A stretch of 63,969 bases of DNA, filler included, from Trypethelium eluteriae (Eukaryota): assembly GCA_051942245.1 (NCBI GenBank). It is 5 parts of 5 records of this genome, joined end to end, with 100 filler letters (N's around TTAATTAATTAA, not from the genome) between each part and the next. Parts side by side here need not be neighbours in the genome. Positions count along the whole stretch, not along the records: positions 1 to 12,984 come from JAVECL010000747.1; positions 13,085 to 26,024 come from JAVECL010000748.1; 3 more parts are not named here. One strand, written 5' to 3'. The translations under genes and the position numbers were made by a program. Positions 12,028 through 26,124 of the stretch are shown here, one piece after another (position 1 is the first letter of the stretch; every line of letters starts with the position of its first letter). The notes beneath the pieces were generated by a model. That model had not been told where the DNA came from. It searched no databases and worked only from the letters and a program-made list of their open reading frames with translations.

Positions 12028-12984
12028 TCTAGTTGCTTGTACTATAATGTGTATGCGTGTGGTGGCGATGTGAATATTGGCGACGCAGTACATAAAACCC
12101 AGTTGGGGGGAATGTGTCAGTCTTTAAAGAGTTGAGGTCCACTTTTAGCGCAATACCCTTGGTTTCAGTGTGTCCCTCTGGAGTATGGAGTACAGTTCAA
12201 GGAGCAGCAATTAGTGGAAGTCGAATAGTCTATTTGTATCCATGCTGAGTCTCACTTCTTCAATAATCATTGCCATGAATTAGTTGTAAAGCATCTGGGA
12301 AGTCCCGGATGATTTGACATAACCGATATGAATGTTCGCAAGCCGCTTTGAGACGAACTCGTACAGCAATCGCTCATCTTAAAGGTCCACACTGATTTTA
12401 TCCGGGTCATCCTTGGAATTAAATTGTAATACTTAATGGGGAGACCCATGGAGACTAAGGATCGGGTTTGGAGCAAGCCTGAGCAGAAGTTACGCTGTTG
12501 CGGACTAGCCGACGAGAGACTACATTGTCTGCTCCAAGATCGATTATCATTAGGAGAGCGGCTTGGTGCCAGGGAATGGAAGAGTAAAAAAGGAGATGTC
12601 GAATATGATAGGCGATAGAAACTAGGATTTCTAGAAAGAAGTCTTTAGAATTACACCAAGCTGGATTATCCCAGCTTACACCTAAACTTTACACGTTTCC
12701 ACCTTGGTATTTACCAGGTGTAGTACGGGTGCTGCGCCGTTACTGGCCTGTCTGGCAGCTGCACCCACAGCTTCCTGTTTCTCCTCTTCTCTTGCCTCTC
12801 CGCATGCTGCCTCACTCTCGTCGCCTCCTCCTTCAACACCACACTCAAACTCGTTGTCGGCAGCCTCAACAAATGGACTCGCCCCATCGCCCTGTAGTCC
12901 AGCCCCTGCCCGTATGGACCCCTTCCTACCCATGCCTGATCGATGTAGATGCCCGTCCGATCCTCAACCACCCTCCTCTTCCCC

Positions 12985-13084
12985 NNNNNNNNNNNNNNNN
13001 NNNNNNNNNNNNNNNNNNNNNNNNNNNNTTAATTAATTAANNNNNNNNNNNNNNNNNNNNNNNNNNNNNNNNNNNNNNNNNNNN
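12985..13084. other. Artificial contig linker (N44-TTAATTAATTAA-N44)
   Basis: 100-nt spacer with stops in all six frames. Confidence 0.99.
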
Positions 13085-16000
13085 GTTCTCGTCGCCTAGT
13101 TTCGCGCGGATGGGTCCAGGCGCGGCGTTCTGGTCTTTCTTGAACCAGCCGGTGAACCAACCTTTCTTTGCTTTCGCCTCGGCGTCCCGTGCGGCGTCTG
13201 CTTCGGCCGCTTTACGGACGGCGTCGTCGGGCTCGCGGGATGATTGGGCGGGTTGCGAGGGCTTGAGTGAAGCTGCGCGGCGTACGAGCTCGTCATCGTC
13301 ATCGTCATCCATAAAAGACTTTTTCTTCGGTAGCGATTGCTCCGCTTGAGTCGTATCCATACCCTTATTATCGTGAGTGGTACTGGGTTCATATGGCTGG
13401 TACGAAGAGGGTTCATAAGAGGCTGTTGGCGGCTCATAGGAATTAGACGAAGGATCGTAGGACTCCTGGATAGATGGCTGATAGGCGCTATTCAAAGACC
13501 CTCCAAGCGACGGGAGGCTCTGCGAGAATTGAGCTTCATTATTTGTTCCAGGCGAGCTAGACAGAGCTGGTTGAGAGCCTCCCCAAGGAGCGTATTGCAT
13601 ATTCAAAGCTGACGAGGCTGGAGGCGAGAGGCTCTGGCTGTCGCTTGGTGGCATAGGTTGGGGAGAATAACCGACGTTAGGCACATATGGTGTGGATCTT
13701 GGACGAGGCTCATGACCCCCAGCGTTTGGTCGCATCATCTCAGGACTCGTGCTATGACTTGCCGGCATGAGAGGGTCATAGGAGTGGCTCGATTCAAGAG
13801 ACGGCCTGCCATACTGTAGCCCGGCAGAATTTTGACGCTGATATGATCCTTGATCCGGAACGGCCTTTCCACTGAGGGTATAGTGATTAGTTGGAGCGTA
13901 TCTGGAGTTCACGCCCCCGATTGGCTGCAATGCAGGAGCGCTACCATAGGAGCCATACAAGTCGGTTGAGGATGTCGATCGGCTGACGACGGGCGTATCA
14001 CCAGCAATTTTCGAAAAAGGACCAATCTCAGCCTCACCGCCTCCGCCAGACCTCGTAGAAGCTGCATCACTGTCGTCTCCAGACACGAAGTTCTGAAATT
14101 TGTTCCACATCGTTCCAGACATCTTGTCCATGCTTGGTTTCGAGATCCACGAAGAGGAAGCATCCTTGGGCGATTGTGAGACTCGCTTGCTTAGATCATC
14201 CAGTTGGGAGATCAAGCCACCATGATAATAGGCCGACGGTCGAGTTGTAGATTTCATTGCAGTCAATATCGCGTCGCAATACTGCTGCGCTTCGTTTCTG
14301 TGCCCATTCTCTGCTAGCAACGAGGCATGTCGAAATTTGAAGGCTTGCAAGTGCGGGATAGCAGCGGACTGCCCGGCTAGTGATAATGCGAATTCGTATA
14401 CCTCAGTAAGCAAGATGGCGTCGATGTCCTGTGCAAAGTCTTGACCACGGTGAATGTGATCGGCTCCAAGTAGGCAGATGTTCGAGAGAGGGTCGTCAGA
14501 TCCACCGATGTGCGCCCAATTTCTCGCAAATAAGAAGCATGTGTGAGCTGCTTCTATCCGACCATAGCTCGCAAGGAGTTTGCCAAGAGCCATTATCGCC
14601 TGACCATCATCCGGTGTGCGATTGCTAAGAATGAGGCAAAGCGACTCTTGCCATCGATCCAGCCCCTCATATGCATTCCTCGCAGACCCACTTCCGTCTG
14701 ATTTACTGACCATTTGGAAACCAGCTCTTGTCGCGGCCGGTACCAGTTCATCGATGCTTTCTTCCCAATTTCTGGCAAAAACTTCGTAGAGTGCCGCTAA
14801 AGAACTGGTGTTGGAGCCAGCATTCCTCACTTCGTGCCTAATGAATTCGCGAGTGACTTGCTTCCACAAGTCCGGGCCCAAAGTAGAGGCAATTAGCAGT
14901 GCATGCGCCCAGAGACGCTTGTCAACAGCATGCCATACAGCCTTATCCCTCTCCCCTTTCATTAGATATTGCCGCAAATCTTCCACAGTATTGGGGTTGA
15001 TCGGTTCGGAGGTGAGCTTTGTAGCCGATAATGGTGCAATTCCACTAATATCAGCGCCTGCGCTGAGTGGGGTATCCACGCCTAAACCATCTCCTTTTCT
15101 TGGCGTTAAGAGATTCCGGACAGTCTCTCCAACAGTAGCGTTACCTTCAAGAACACCATCGTGCTCAACAAGGACCCGGGTCATGCTCCATAATAGAACC
15201 TTCTCCTCCAGCCTTGTCTGCGCGTCCGAGCCTTTGGTCATTCCAGAAATTGAAGAGTTATTTTCTTGCTGTAGAGCATCGATCTTGTGGCTGAGCCATG
15301 AGATGACCTCCTTCTTTTTCCCTTTCGATTTCAAGGGCCCGGGGAACTTAGAAATGCCCTCAGGCAATGGCAGGAGTGTCTTGCTGCTCTGCACGCAGAT
15401 TTCACCGGGTCCGCTTTTCATCATCGGGATTCCGTGACCAGGGCCATATCGGGGGATCTGCTTTGGGAAACTCGTCACAATCTGGCCTGCTATACCCCAG
15501 TGAAAGACAGGATAGCCTTGCCACCTTTTCAATGGATCTTGTGATGTCTCATCAGGAGGGGCCACAAAGCCAAGGTCGATAGAAGCACCTCGCCGGCGGC
15601 CCAGGTTGGCATTAATGACCTGGCTCTGAGACTCAGTGGGCGAGCCAGGCCTGTGAGAAAAAGCTGCTTTATGGACTGAAATAGGATCCACCTTTGGACC
15701 TTTCATTGCCAGACCAGACGACTGGCGAGACCATTCAGGACTGCTCAAATTGGAACTTTCAAGACCATCTTGCGAGTCAACTTGAGGCACGTAGCTATTC
15801 TGTGCCTTGGCGGGAAATGCGTGTGTAGAGAGGCCAAGACCAGCAACTGGCACAGCATCATTGAAATTCTGCTGCAAGGAGCCAGCTCGTTGACCGAAAG
15901 CGGATTGACTTGTCGATAAAGGAGGCGGAGGGTTTGACGCAAAATCATCACTACTTACGGACATGGAAATACTATGTTGGCGAGGTTGTGTCTCAACAGT

Positions 16001-18202
16001 ACTATCAGTAGGCAAAGGGCCAGGAGGGTTGGAGGAAGATCGTGCATTCGTTGTTGCACTCCGCGGTGAGGTTTGATGACTCGCTAGCGGACTCGAGGTT
16101 CTTGGTGCATATGGCTTGGTGTACGAAGATGGCGGTGCTCCCTTTGGCGCAGAGGCATACCTGTTGTGACTTGGCGCAGGAGATGGCTGTGAGGCTGGGT
16201 TGGGAGCATAGCTAGTTACCGCAGTGCTCGTAGGTGGCGCTGCATATTGAGCGCTCGGCGAGGGTCGAGCTTGTGTTGCAGGGGAGTATCTGTTATTTGC
16301 CGGGGGTGCTGCGGCCTGTGCCGGGTGGTCGGCCGTGGATCCTGACCCAGGAAATAGATCAAGTTTTGGAGGTGCCTGCAGCTGACTATTAAACTCGGCA
16401 CTTGGTCGTACGTTTTGGCCTTGTGGCTTTAGTGGAGAAAAGCCTTTTTCGACAGAGTATTGCTCCGAAGGAGGTGGAGTGAACGAAGATGGATTGGGTG
16501 TGAACCTGCCACCTTGACCCGTGCCGCGAGGACGAGCGCCAACAGGAAGATCAGCAAAAAAGTCACTATTGCTGGGTTTCGAAGCTAGCGAAGGCTGTTG
16601 GGCTGATGCACCAGCTACTGGATGTTTTGGCGGCGGGGGTTCGTTCGAATGACGAGATGGAGGAGGTGATAGACTTGCGATGGATTGGGGTGGTACGCTT
16701 GTCGGCTGTCCTGTCGGAGATGTTACTTGCATGCTGCTACTTCTTGGCGGCGCTATTGGACGCTGCATGGAGCCTGAAGTTGGGCCAGGAGCAAGAGGGT
16801 ATGCGCTGGCTCGTTTCCTTGGTCGAGAAACATCCATGGGTAGATCGTAAGGTGAGGAATAGCCACCCTTGGACTTGTCGACGAAACTTTGAGAAGATGC
16901 AGGAGGTGAGGGTCTGCTTTGTTGCTGCTTGAAGATCGTAGCTGCGGCATTAAAAGACTGCGTCTGCAAGCCATGCGCATTGGCTTGACCCTGAATCTGT
17001 CTTTGGTCCTGATTCTGGAGCACACCAGATTGACCGGCACTTGTTGGAGCATAGCGCTGCGTAGATGTCTGCGAAGCGTGAGTGACATTTTCATTATAAT
17101 CTGCTCGCTGAGATTCAGATTCTCCGAGCCCAGCGTCATCCAGGAAGCCTTCCCCGTCATCAGGAAAAAAAGAAGCGTCTCCGACATCTTCAGAATCACC
17201 GAGGAAATCGTCGTCACCCAAAGCAGCCTTCCATATTGCATCCAGGTCTTCCTCTTTTTCTGGTTCGGGATTATCCTTGTTTTGTTCTTCTGTGGCACCC
17301 TCATCACGGCTGAGTTGGGTTATGGAATTCAACGTGTCCACCGCACGATCTGGATCTTGATTTTCCTTCGACCCAAAAGAGCTCTCGTTCTCTTCGCCCC
17401 AAGGTACAGTGGAATCCGTAATTTGGTGTTCCGACTCGAGAGCAAAATCGTCTGTTGTGCCCCAATCGATATTCGTATCACTAGATTTCTCAGGTTCCAG
17501 TGTCGCCGAGGATTCCGCAGCGACGTGAATCTCTGGTGGTGGTATCGCTGTGCTAGGCTCTTCCTGTGTAGCGACTTCTGTTGCCGCCGCGGGTTCGTTG
17601 CTAATGATCGGTCCGTCGGTATCTGCTAGCAATGGAGCGGCCTCACTCTCATCAACAGCCTCTTCTAAAAGAGCCGATTTGCTTTGATGCTCATAATTCT
17701 CTGCAGGCCCAACCTCTTTGTCCGATCCATCATCATTTCCAGGTAATTCTCGAGCCGAGTTTTCCGGAGTACCGACGGTGTCTGCAGGGACAGCATCGAC
17801 TTCAGCCATGGGGTCCTGAGCATGCATGACAGACTGAGACAAATGCAGAGACTCGATCCCGTTCGCTAGCGATTCCTGCTCAGTGAGAGTTGTGTCACGT
17901 GTATGCGACGATTTTGCTTGCACGGGTAATAATCCGCCGGTTGAATCCGAGGTACCGTATCGTTGGAAAAAATCATCGTCCGAATCCGCGTCGTGATGGC
18001 TAAGTGGGTGGCCGCTAATCTCTCCAATCGTACTCATATCGTCTTTAGAGTCCACCTCATCTCCTGTGTGCTTCGACGAGGTCGGAGGACCCTGTGCAAG
18101 CTTTTGATCGTTCATATTAGGATAGTCGTCTTGCAAGGAGTTGGGTCTCATCGCGGGATGCCATGCGGAATTGAAATCAGGCCCCTCCTCCGTCAAGGCC
18201 AT
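13085..18202 (-). CDS. SEC16: COPII coat assembly protein Sec16 (3' end cut by contig break)
   Basis: Long low-complexity N-terminus, FPGPL.K.KKKEV, central conserved domain AVDKRLWAHALLIAS / LLTEVYEFAL, C-terminal GWFTGWF and PIRAKLGDEN. Confidence 0.93.
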
Positions 18203-18643
18203 GTTGTAGTGGGTATTATATTATATATACTAGGCTAATCAGCAATCATTGCTAAGCGCAAGGTCAAGTGCCAACTTGAGGCATCCCTTGTCGGAGCTGC
18301 GGAGGGTGCATACCAAAGAATGAGGCAGACAACTCCATTACTGTTGGGCAGAGCAGACGGCAGAGGGAGGGCGGAGTATGGACTCCAGCCAGGCCGGAAC
18401 CGGGAGAGAGAATTAGGACAGAAAGTGAAGCACGGAGACTCGGAGATTGAAGCTGGATATAGATGCAAGTAGTGAGGCGAGTCGGCTTATGTTGCAACAT
18501 CCCCCGGTCGGTTTCGGTCTAGTGCCGATTCGCTGGACGCCAAGTTTGAGAGTTCAAGGCAACACCATAAGATGAACAAATACTCGAATCTCTCCCCCAT
18601 GTACGACACGACGCTTTCCAAATTCTCGACTTCCAGATGAGGC

Positions 18644-21600
18644 ATGTCAAGCTTCCATCAACGTTCTAGTCCAGAGCCTCCGGGGCCGTTAGATGACAAT
18701 TCCGAGCCCGAATCCGACCTCGATATCGACCTTCAAGAGCTCGATCCCTTTCAGCCCAGAGGTATTGCGCATCGTCGGTCCGCTGAAGGCCAGGCTCGTC
18801 GTCAAGAAAGTCGTCCTAGAATTCCCTTGCGCAACCTCAGGTTAGACGGCCTACATGGACTAAGTGGACGAAGGAGGGGGAACACGCAGGGTGTCTCGAA
18901 CCAAGTAGCGGCGGATGAAGACAGTCGAGCCTTGCTGGATGATGAAAATGGGAGTAAAGCTGGATCAGCAGCAAGCCTAGGGCCAGAGGGTGACGAGGCA
19001 CCTCTATTGCGGTCTGGACAGCAAGATCAAAGATCCCACAATCGGCGAGGCACTTTAGCCAGACTTGGCTCCGCTTTAAGATTCCGCAGTCTCGTGGCAC
19101 CTTCTCCTCACCTACCTACTCCGGAGGGACTGACTGACACCGATCCTGAAGGCGAGGTTGAGCATGATCCACAATCAAATCGCACTGTTGCTGTTGGCCA
19201 GTTGCAGTCCTCTCGATTTCCCCTAAACGCTGTATCAAATGCAAAATACACTTCCTGGAGCTTCCTTCCAGTGACTCTGTATAACGAGTTCTCATTCTTC
19301 TTCAACCTGTATTTTCTACTTGTGGCTTTATCGCAGATTATACCCCCTTTGCGAATTGGGTACCTCTCCACATACGTTGCTCCACTTGCATTCGTTTTAA
19401 CCATCACGCTTGGGAAAGAAGCATACGATGACATCGCTCGACGTCGCCGAGATGCAGAGGCAAATGCTGAGAGTTACAATGTTTTGAAGTTCGAGACAAA
19501 TGGAGCTTTCCCGTCTAGATCTCGAGGCAGAGCAGCGCCTCAGCGACAGAAAAAATTGCGACGGCATCGCAAGCACAGTCAACCAAATGGGGAAGAAACT
19601 CGGCGCTTACATGAAGGCGAGAGCGGTGAGCAAGATTTAGAATCACTGGAAGATGGGGTTCCTTCCTCCTCGTATGCGGAGATCAAGAAAGCCTCTCGAG
19701 ATTTGAAGGTCGGGGATGTGCTGAAGTTGAGCAAAGACCAGCGTATCCCTGCTGATGTGGTTATTCTTGGGAGCTTTTTGAGCCAAAACGTCGTAGCTGA
19801 TCAGGCTACGAACGACGAGGACGAAAATCAATCAAGTTCTTCTGGCGAATATGTAGGCTCTGGGCCTGAATCGCAAGCAAACCAAGGCTCGAATAATGCT
19901 TCGATCCCAGACACTGCTGGTGCTGAGGCTTTCATTCGAACTGACCAGTTGGATGGTGAAACCGATTGGAAACTTCGATTGCCTTCCCCGCTTACTCAAA
20001 CTCTCGATATTTGCGAATATACGAGACTTCAGGTCATGGCTGGAAAACCAGATAAGAAAGTCAACGATTTCACGGGTACCGTGGAGCTTTTGCCTCAGAC
20101 TAGAGCAGGCTATGATCCACATATCGACAAAACATCTATCGGGAATACTGGAAATAACCAAGACTCAGTTGGGGACCAACAAAGAAAAGCAGCTCTGACC
20201 ATCGACAACACTGCGTGGGCGAACACGGTTCTTGCTTCGAGCTCAACCGTGTATGCTGTTGTCGTTTATACCGGATCGCAAACGCGGCAGGCCTTGTCAA
20301 CATCGCCATCGAGATCAAAGACCGGACTTTTAGAGTACGAAATCAACTCGCTCACTAAGATTCTTTGCTTCCTCACGCTAGCTCTCTCGTTCATCCTCGT
20401 AGCCGCTGAGGGTTTTGACGAGAAAGATGGTCGAAAGTGGTATGTATCCGTCATGCGCTTTTTGATCCTTTTCTCGACCATTGTTCCCATCAGCCTTCGC
20501 GTGAACCTCGATTTGGGAAAGAGTGTGTACGCCTGGTATATCCAGAATGACAAAGGAATTCCTGGCACAGTGGTGAGAACCAGCACTATCCCAGAAGACC
20601 TTGGTAGGGTGGAGTACCTTCTTAGTGATAAGACGGGTACTCTTACTCAAAATGGTATGCAACTATCGACTTTAAATCCAGATTGACGCTGACTTTGCAC
20701 AGAAATGGAGCTGAAGAAGATCCACGTCGGGACCGTATCCTACGCTAACGATGCGATGGACGAAGTCGCCTCTTATATCCGGCAGGCGTTTGGGCAAATC
20801 GTCTCTTCAGATATGGGCCAAACCACCTTATTTACTCCCTCATCAGTCTTCACATCTACTTCTAACTCCGGTACTCGCACACGACGGGAGATCGGCGCTC
20901 GCGTTCGAGATGTAGTGCTGGCTCTAGCTTTGTGTCATAACGTCACCCCGACTGTAGAGGCAGAGCATGGAGAAAGGATCACAACGTACCAGGCCTCATC
21001 ACCCGATGAAATTGCCATTGTGCGTTGGACGGAAAGTGTTGGTCTCCGCCTCCTTCACCGCGATCGCAAATTCATTGTGCTGCAATCTGTGGAGTCGGAA
21101 CGAGTTGTCGTCCGTGTGAAGATTCTGAACATTTTCCCATTTACGTCTGACAGTAAGCGAATGGGCATTATCGTGCAGTTCACCCAAGACCTAAACTCGC
21201 CTCTGGATGAGTCAGGTGAGATCTGGTTCTATCAGAAAGGCGCAGATACTGTTATGACATCCATTGTCGCCGCAAATGATTGGCTCGACGAAGAGACGGC
21301 AAACATGGCGCGCGAAGGGCTACGAACACTCGTCGTCGGTCGGAAGAGGTTATCACATGAGCAATATCAAGAGTTTTCACAGCAGTATGCGCAGGCCTCC
21401 CTGTCATTACATGCTCGTGATGCGTCCATGGCAGCAGTTGTTGGTGAGCATCTGGAGCGCGGCCTTGAGCTTCTGGGAGTCACTGGTGTTGAGGACAAAT
21501 TGCAACGAGACGTCAAGCCATCGCTGGAATTACTCCGCAATGCAGGTGTGAAGATATGGATGCTTACAGGTGACAAAGTTGAAACAGCCCGTTGCGTGGC

Positions 21601-22792
21601 TGTAAGTGCTAAGCTGGTCTCTCGTGGTCAATATATTCACACGATTGCAAAGAGTAGGTGCCGCCCTCTGTTTGATGCATTCTTTGCTGACACTGTCTAA
21701 GTGAAACGAAAGGAAGCCGCCCTGGATTCGCTGGATTTGCTCCGAAACAAGACCGATGCTTGCCTTCTTATCGACGGTGAATCACTTGCACTTATGCTAA
21801 CCTGCCACCGCGAAGCTTTCATCGCGACCGCCGTCAGACTCCCAGCCGTGGTTGCTTGCCGATGCTCTCCGACCCAGAAAGCGGACGTCGCAAAACTCAT
21901 TCGCGCCTGCACGCAGAAGCGCACATGCTGCATTGGTGATGGTGGTAACGACGTCTCCATGATCCAAGCAGCAGACGTAGGCGTCGGAATCGTAGGCAAA
22001 GAAGGCCGGCAGGCCAGTCTAGCGGCGGACTTCTCCATCGAACAGTTCTGCTACCTCACCAAGCTCCTCGTCTGGCATGGACGGAACAGCTACAAGCGGA
22101 GCGCCAAGCTTGCGCAGTTCGTCATCCATCGCGGTCTCATCATCAGCGTGTGCCAGACCCTCTACAGCATTGCGAGCGAATTCGAGCCGATCGCATTGTA
22201 CAGGGTAGGCGCTCTTATTCACAAACCCCTTTCGGAAAACTCACTAATCCGCGTGATATAGGACTGGCTCCTCGTCGGCTACGCCACCATATATACCATG
22301 GCGCCGGTCTTCTCCCTCGTCCTCGACCGCGACGTTGACCCGGACCTCGCAGCTCTCTATCCCGAGCTTTATAAGGAGCTGGCGCTCAATCGCTCCCTTA
22401 GCTACCGCACCTTCTTCATCTGGGTCGCTGTTTCCATCTACCAGGGTTGCATCATCCAGGGGCTCGCCCAGCTGCTCGTCGGCCTCGATAATTTCCCTCG
22501 CATGGTTGCCGTGTCGTATACTGTGCTTATTCTCAACGAGCTCATCATGGTCGCTGCCGAAGTCACGACCTGGCATCCTGTCATGATTTTCTCGATACTT
22601 GGGACGGCAGCTATCTACTTTGGCAGCGTGCCGCTGCTCGGGGGTTACTTTGACCTGAAGTATATCATTAGCGTGGCGTTTTTGTGGCGGGTTTTGGCGA
22701 TTAGTGCGGTCAGTCTCGTGCCGCCGTATGTAGTGAAGCTTTTACGACGAACAATTCGTCCGCCGAGTTATCGCAAGGTTCAGGCACTTTGA
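18644..22792 (+). CDS. NEO1: P4-type phospholipid flippase Neo1 (4 exons)
   Basis: DGETDWKLR, phosphorylation motif DKTGTLT, MLTGDK, GDGGND; introns near 20654-20703, 21654-21701 (AAG acceptor) and 22205-22261; C-terminal PPSYRKV. Confidence 0.93.
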
Positions 22793-23039
22793 GGGAGTCC
22801 TTATGGCTTGCATTTACAGCGGCGTTCACACCGAGTTGTCTTTTTGGCGAGCATTGAGAGTGTTTATTATGGTTATGGACAGCAAGGCTGCTTGTGTAAG
22901 AATTCCGAGCGTGGGAGTGCAGAGTTATGAATAGCCATGCATCTTCTGACCAAAGACTGTGTGCGCCAATCGCAAGCGGATAACGCGCCTGAAAAGAACC
23001 GTTGCTCTACGTTGGAAATGCTCGAACAGAACCATTGTC

Positions 23040-24724
23040 TTACAACGGCTTCCGTCCCCACACAGCCCGTCTATGTCAAGATCAGCTCGTCACCTTTGAG
23101 AAGACAGGCCTAAGTGCACACTTACGCAGTGCAGTAGGCCTTCACGCCCTCACTCAAGTCCCTCCTTACTGCCGCCGCCAATTCCCGAACACCTGCGGGC
23201 GTCCAGCCCAGTGTTCTTGTGAAATTTCGCAAGGAAAGAGCCTCAACAGCAGAACTAAGATTTTGCATGCTCTCTCGACCTAGCTCTTGTTGATGTGCTG
23301 ACAGGCCTTCGTACGGGTTTGAGGGTAGTTTGAAGAGCCTCTCTTCAACGTCCTCGAATCCCACCTCGTGCATCCAGTGAGCAAAGTGGACTGCATTGTT
23401 CCAGGGACGTCCATTCTGGGTCGAAGCTTCAATGCAAAGATCCATCCATCTCCTGATAGGCTTGGACCTTGAGACATCGCCTTCAAATTCGAGCGGCGAC
23501 AGATCATGTATTTCGAGGTAGCCTCCTGGCTTGAGGTTGTCAAAACACTTGTAGATAATTTCGAGAGGATCAGCAAAGCAAGTGATAATCAAGCGACCAT
23601 GGACATAGTCGAAGGGAGTGGAGTAAGACCAGTCATCCTCTTCCGCGTCATGAATCTCGAAGCTGCAATTAGGGGGGACACTGGATAATGGCATATCAGC
23701 CTCAAATTGAAGGGATGTACCAAGTTCACCCACAGCAGTGGCGTGGAAGGGGTTAGATCGCTTCCAATGACCTTTGCCGAAGGATACCGTTGGGCTGTGC
23801 AAATTTGGTCAGTCTTCCATTCTCCGAATTAAAATACAGCGGAGAAAGATACCAAAGTCTATCGCCCATGAACCAGTGCCTATGGATCTCGTAAGCATAT
23901 TTTCATGTTGCTTGCATATAAAGAGAGTTTCACACCTGTTCCAATGTCCAGAACATTGTGTATATTGGTCGGATCTAGTGGTGCTAGATAGAGATTGCCG
24001 TCCATGAGGCGCATGAGTATATCATGTTGGTGATCTTGGCGATATTCAGCACAGCTCTATAAAAAACAAATGAAAGACTCGGTATCTCCCAAACAATGAA
24101 AAGTATCAAGCGCGTTCGGAGGGTATCAAGGTAACATTCTTCGTTGCCTCGAAGCAACACATGCACGGCACATAGAGGCATTGGATGGGTATAGGAACCA
24201 TCATGCTTTGACATTTGAGATAGGAATGTTGTATACCGAGACTTGGAGCGGAAGACATACTTAGCCGGCCCTGCTCCTCCTATTAAACGAGTTTCTTTAG
24301 CTCGAGTAATGCTGGTCTTCCTTGTGAACACTAACAGTACCGTTTGGTAGCGTGTTTCCTGTAGGGTAGAAACCGATCAGTCCTAAAACTCGCAAAGTAT
24401 CTTCATTAAGAACACTAACTGCCTCGTCTGAACGTATCATAGGTTCGGCCGTGCCCGTCTCCATTCTCCACACATTCCGACTCCATTATAACTGTAGGCT
24501 GGCTTTGTTCGAGTCAGTAGATGGACGCAGAAGGAAATGGCCAGTCGAGAAAGGTCTCACGGTCGAGCTAGATCGCCGATAGCCTCATCACGGTGAAGCG
24601 ATTCGATATCACTTCTTTCTACAGTGGCGGCGGTTGACAAAGCTGGAGATGTGTGTGCATCTTCTCCTAGAAGCCTTGCTGCATCGGCGGGTTGGGTGGT
24701 ATCCTGATCTCCGGTGGAGCTCAT
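23040..24724 (-). CDS. LaeA-like SAM-dependent methyltransferase (multi-intron)
   Basis: Spliced reconstruction gives GRTY..F..G..LPN, QDHQH, LYLAPL, VLDIGTGTGSWAIDFA, VIGSDL, VPPNCSFEIHDAE, NLKPGGYLE and terminal VWGRKPL*. Confidence 0.8.
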
Positions 24725-25615
24725 GTTATAGCTGTACAATGAAATGATTGATTTAAGAAAATTGCTCGATTGGACAGAAGACACAAAACGTAAAGTTCAA
24801 CAGAAGCAAGAAGAGATTACGGATGTCCGCCACCAGACCTATTCGGAAGGCTCGTCTGCCTCCGCAGTTGGGTACATTGCTACAAGAAAGGCTAATAGTA
24901 CAGCCTGCCGCTACCCACTACTCACTGGTGGAAAAGCGGAAGTAGGCTCTTCGATCGTCGCTGTGCGTAAATATCTTGCTGCGGCACATCATGAGCAGCG
25001 GAGTTGTCGGTAAAAGCATAATTGCGAGTGAGAAGAAGTGGCAGTCGCAGTATTGGAAACTTCCCATCTTAGAAAGCGTCGACGAGCTTACGTACGACGG
25101 ATGCGCCGGCTTGACGCGCAGCCATTGTCTTGGAGATAGAGAAACAGAGAAACAGAGAAACAGATCAATTCGTTGGATTTATGGAGGGATTGACTGGCTG
25201 AGCAGCTAATGCACTGCTCTTACTCATGATTCCATGGAAGTCCCACAATGAAGAGATTCAGATAAGGTGTTGTAGAGTAAGGGTCTCGCTTGTACAGCGA
25301 CCTCCGGCCGAAGCATCGGCCGAAGATTTGGCATCAGAGCCTCAACCCAACCACAAATGTGCTGGAAATAGTTACTATTCCAACGTACACTATCATTTCT
25401 TGCAGTATATAAAGCCTCTGTTTAATCATGGAAAGTCCTTTCTCAATCATTCAATCTCCATCCTTTCAATCAAATCATTACTCTATCGGCGTCCAGTTCG
25501 AAGCAAACAACTCCCATCCTAGCCACATCAACAGTCATCACCACCACCGACGAAAAAAACAGCAAAGAACTAAAATCAAACCCATATCCCCCTCCTATCT
25601 TCCCAAACTAAAATC

Positions 25616-26024
25616 ATGTCCCCCACCACCCCTAAAATCGCCATCCTCGGCGCCGGCCCCGCGGGCCTCTGCCTCGCCGCCATCCTCACCCACCACTCCA
25701 TCCCCTACACGCTCTACGAGAGCGACGCGTCGGCTGCGACACGCACGCAAGGCGGCAGCCTCGACCTGCACCCGACAACGGGCCAGCAAGCGCTGCGCGA
25801 CGCCGGGGTCTACGAGGCGTGGGAGCGGCAGGCGCGGTTCAGCGGCGAGAACTTCGTGCTGACGGACGCGGGCGGGCGCGAGCACGTGCGCGTGCAGGGT
25901 GTTGCGCATGGGCGCCCGGAGATCGGGAGGCCGAGGCTGAGGCAGATCTTGTTGGATGCGGTGCCCGAGGAGAGAGTGCGCTGGGGGAGGCGGGTGAGGA
26001 GTGTGGGGGAGGAGGAGAAGGAGG
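25616..26024 (+). CDS. FAD-dependent monooxygenase (TetX/salicylate hydroxylase-like), partial
   Basis: IAILGAGPAGL, QGGSLDLH, GRPEI.R..LRQILLD; truncated by contig end; TATA box near 25406. Confidence 0.85.
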
Positions 26025-26124
26025 NNNNNNNNNNNNNNNNNNNNNNNNNNNNNNNNNNNNNNNNNNNNTTAATTAATTAANNNNNNNNNNNNNNNNNNNN
26101 NNNNNNNNNNNNNNNNNNNNNNNN
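26025..26124. other. Artificial contig linker
   Basis: N44-TTAATTAATTAA-N44. Confidence 0.99.

Noticed and set aside
12704..12984. Overlapping short ORFs at the end of contig 1
   Set aside because: Low-complexity C-rich contig end; a truncated gene cannot be supported
13029..13040. TTAATTAATTAA palindrome repeated four times in the window
   Set aside because: Artificial six-frame stop linker inside N runs
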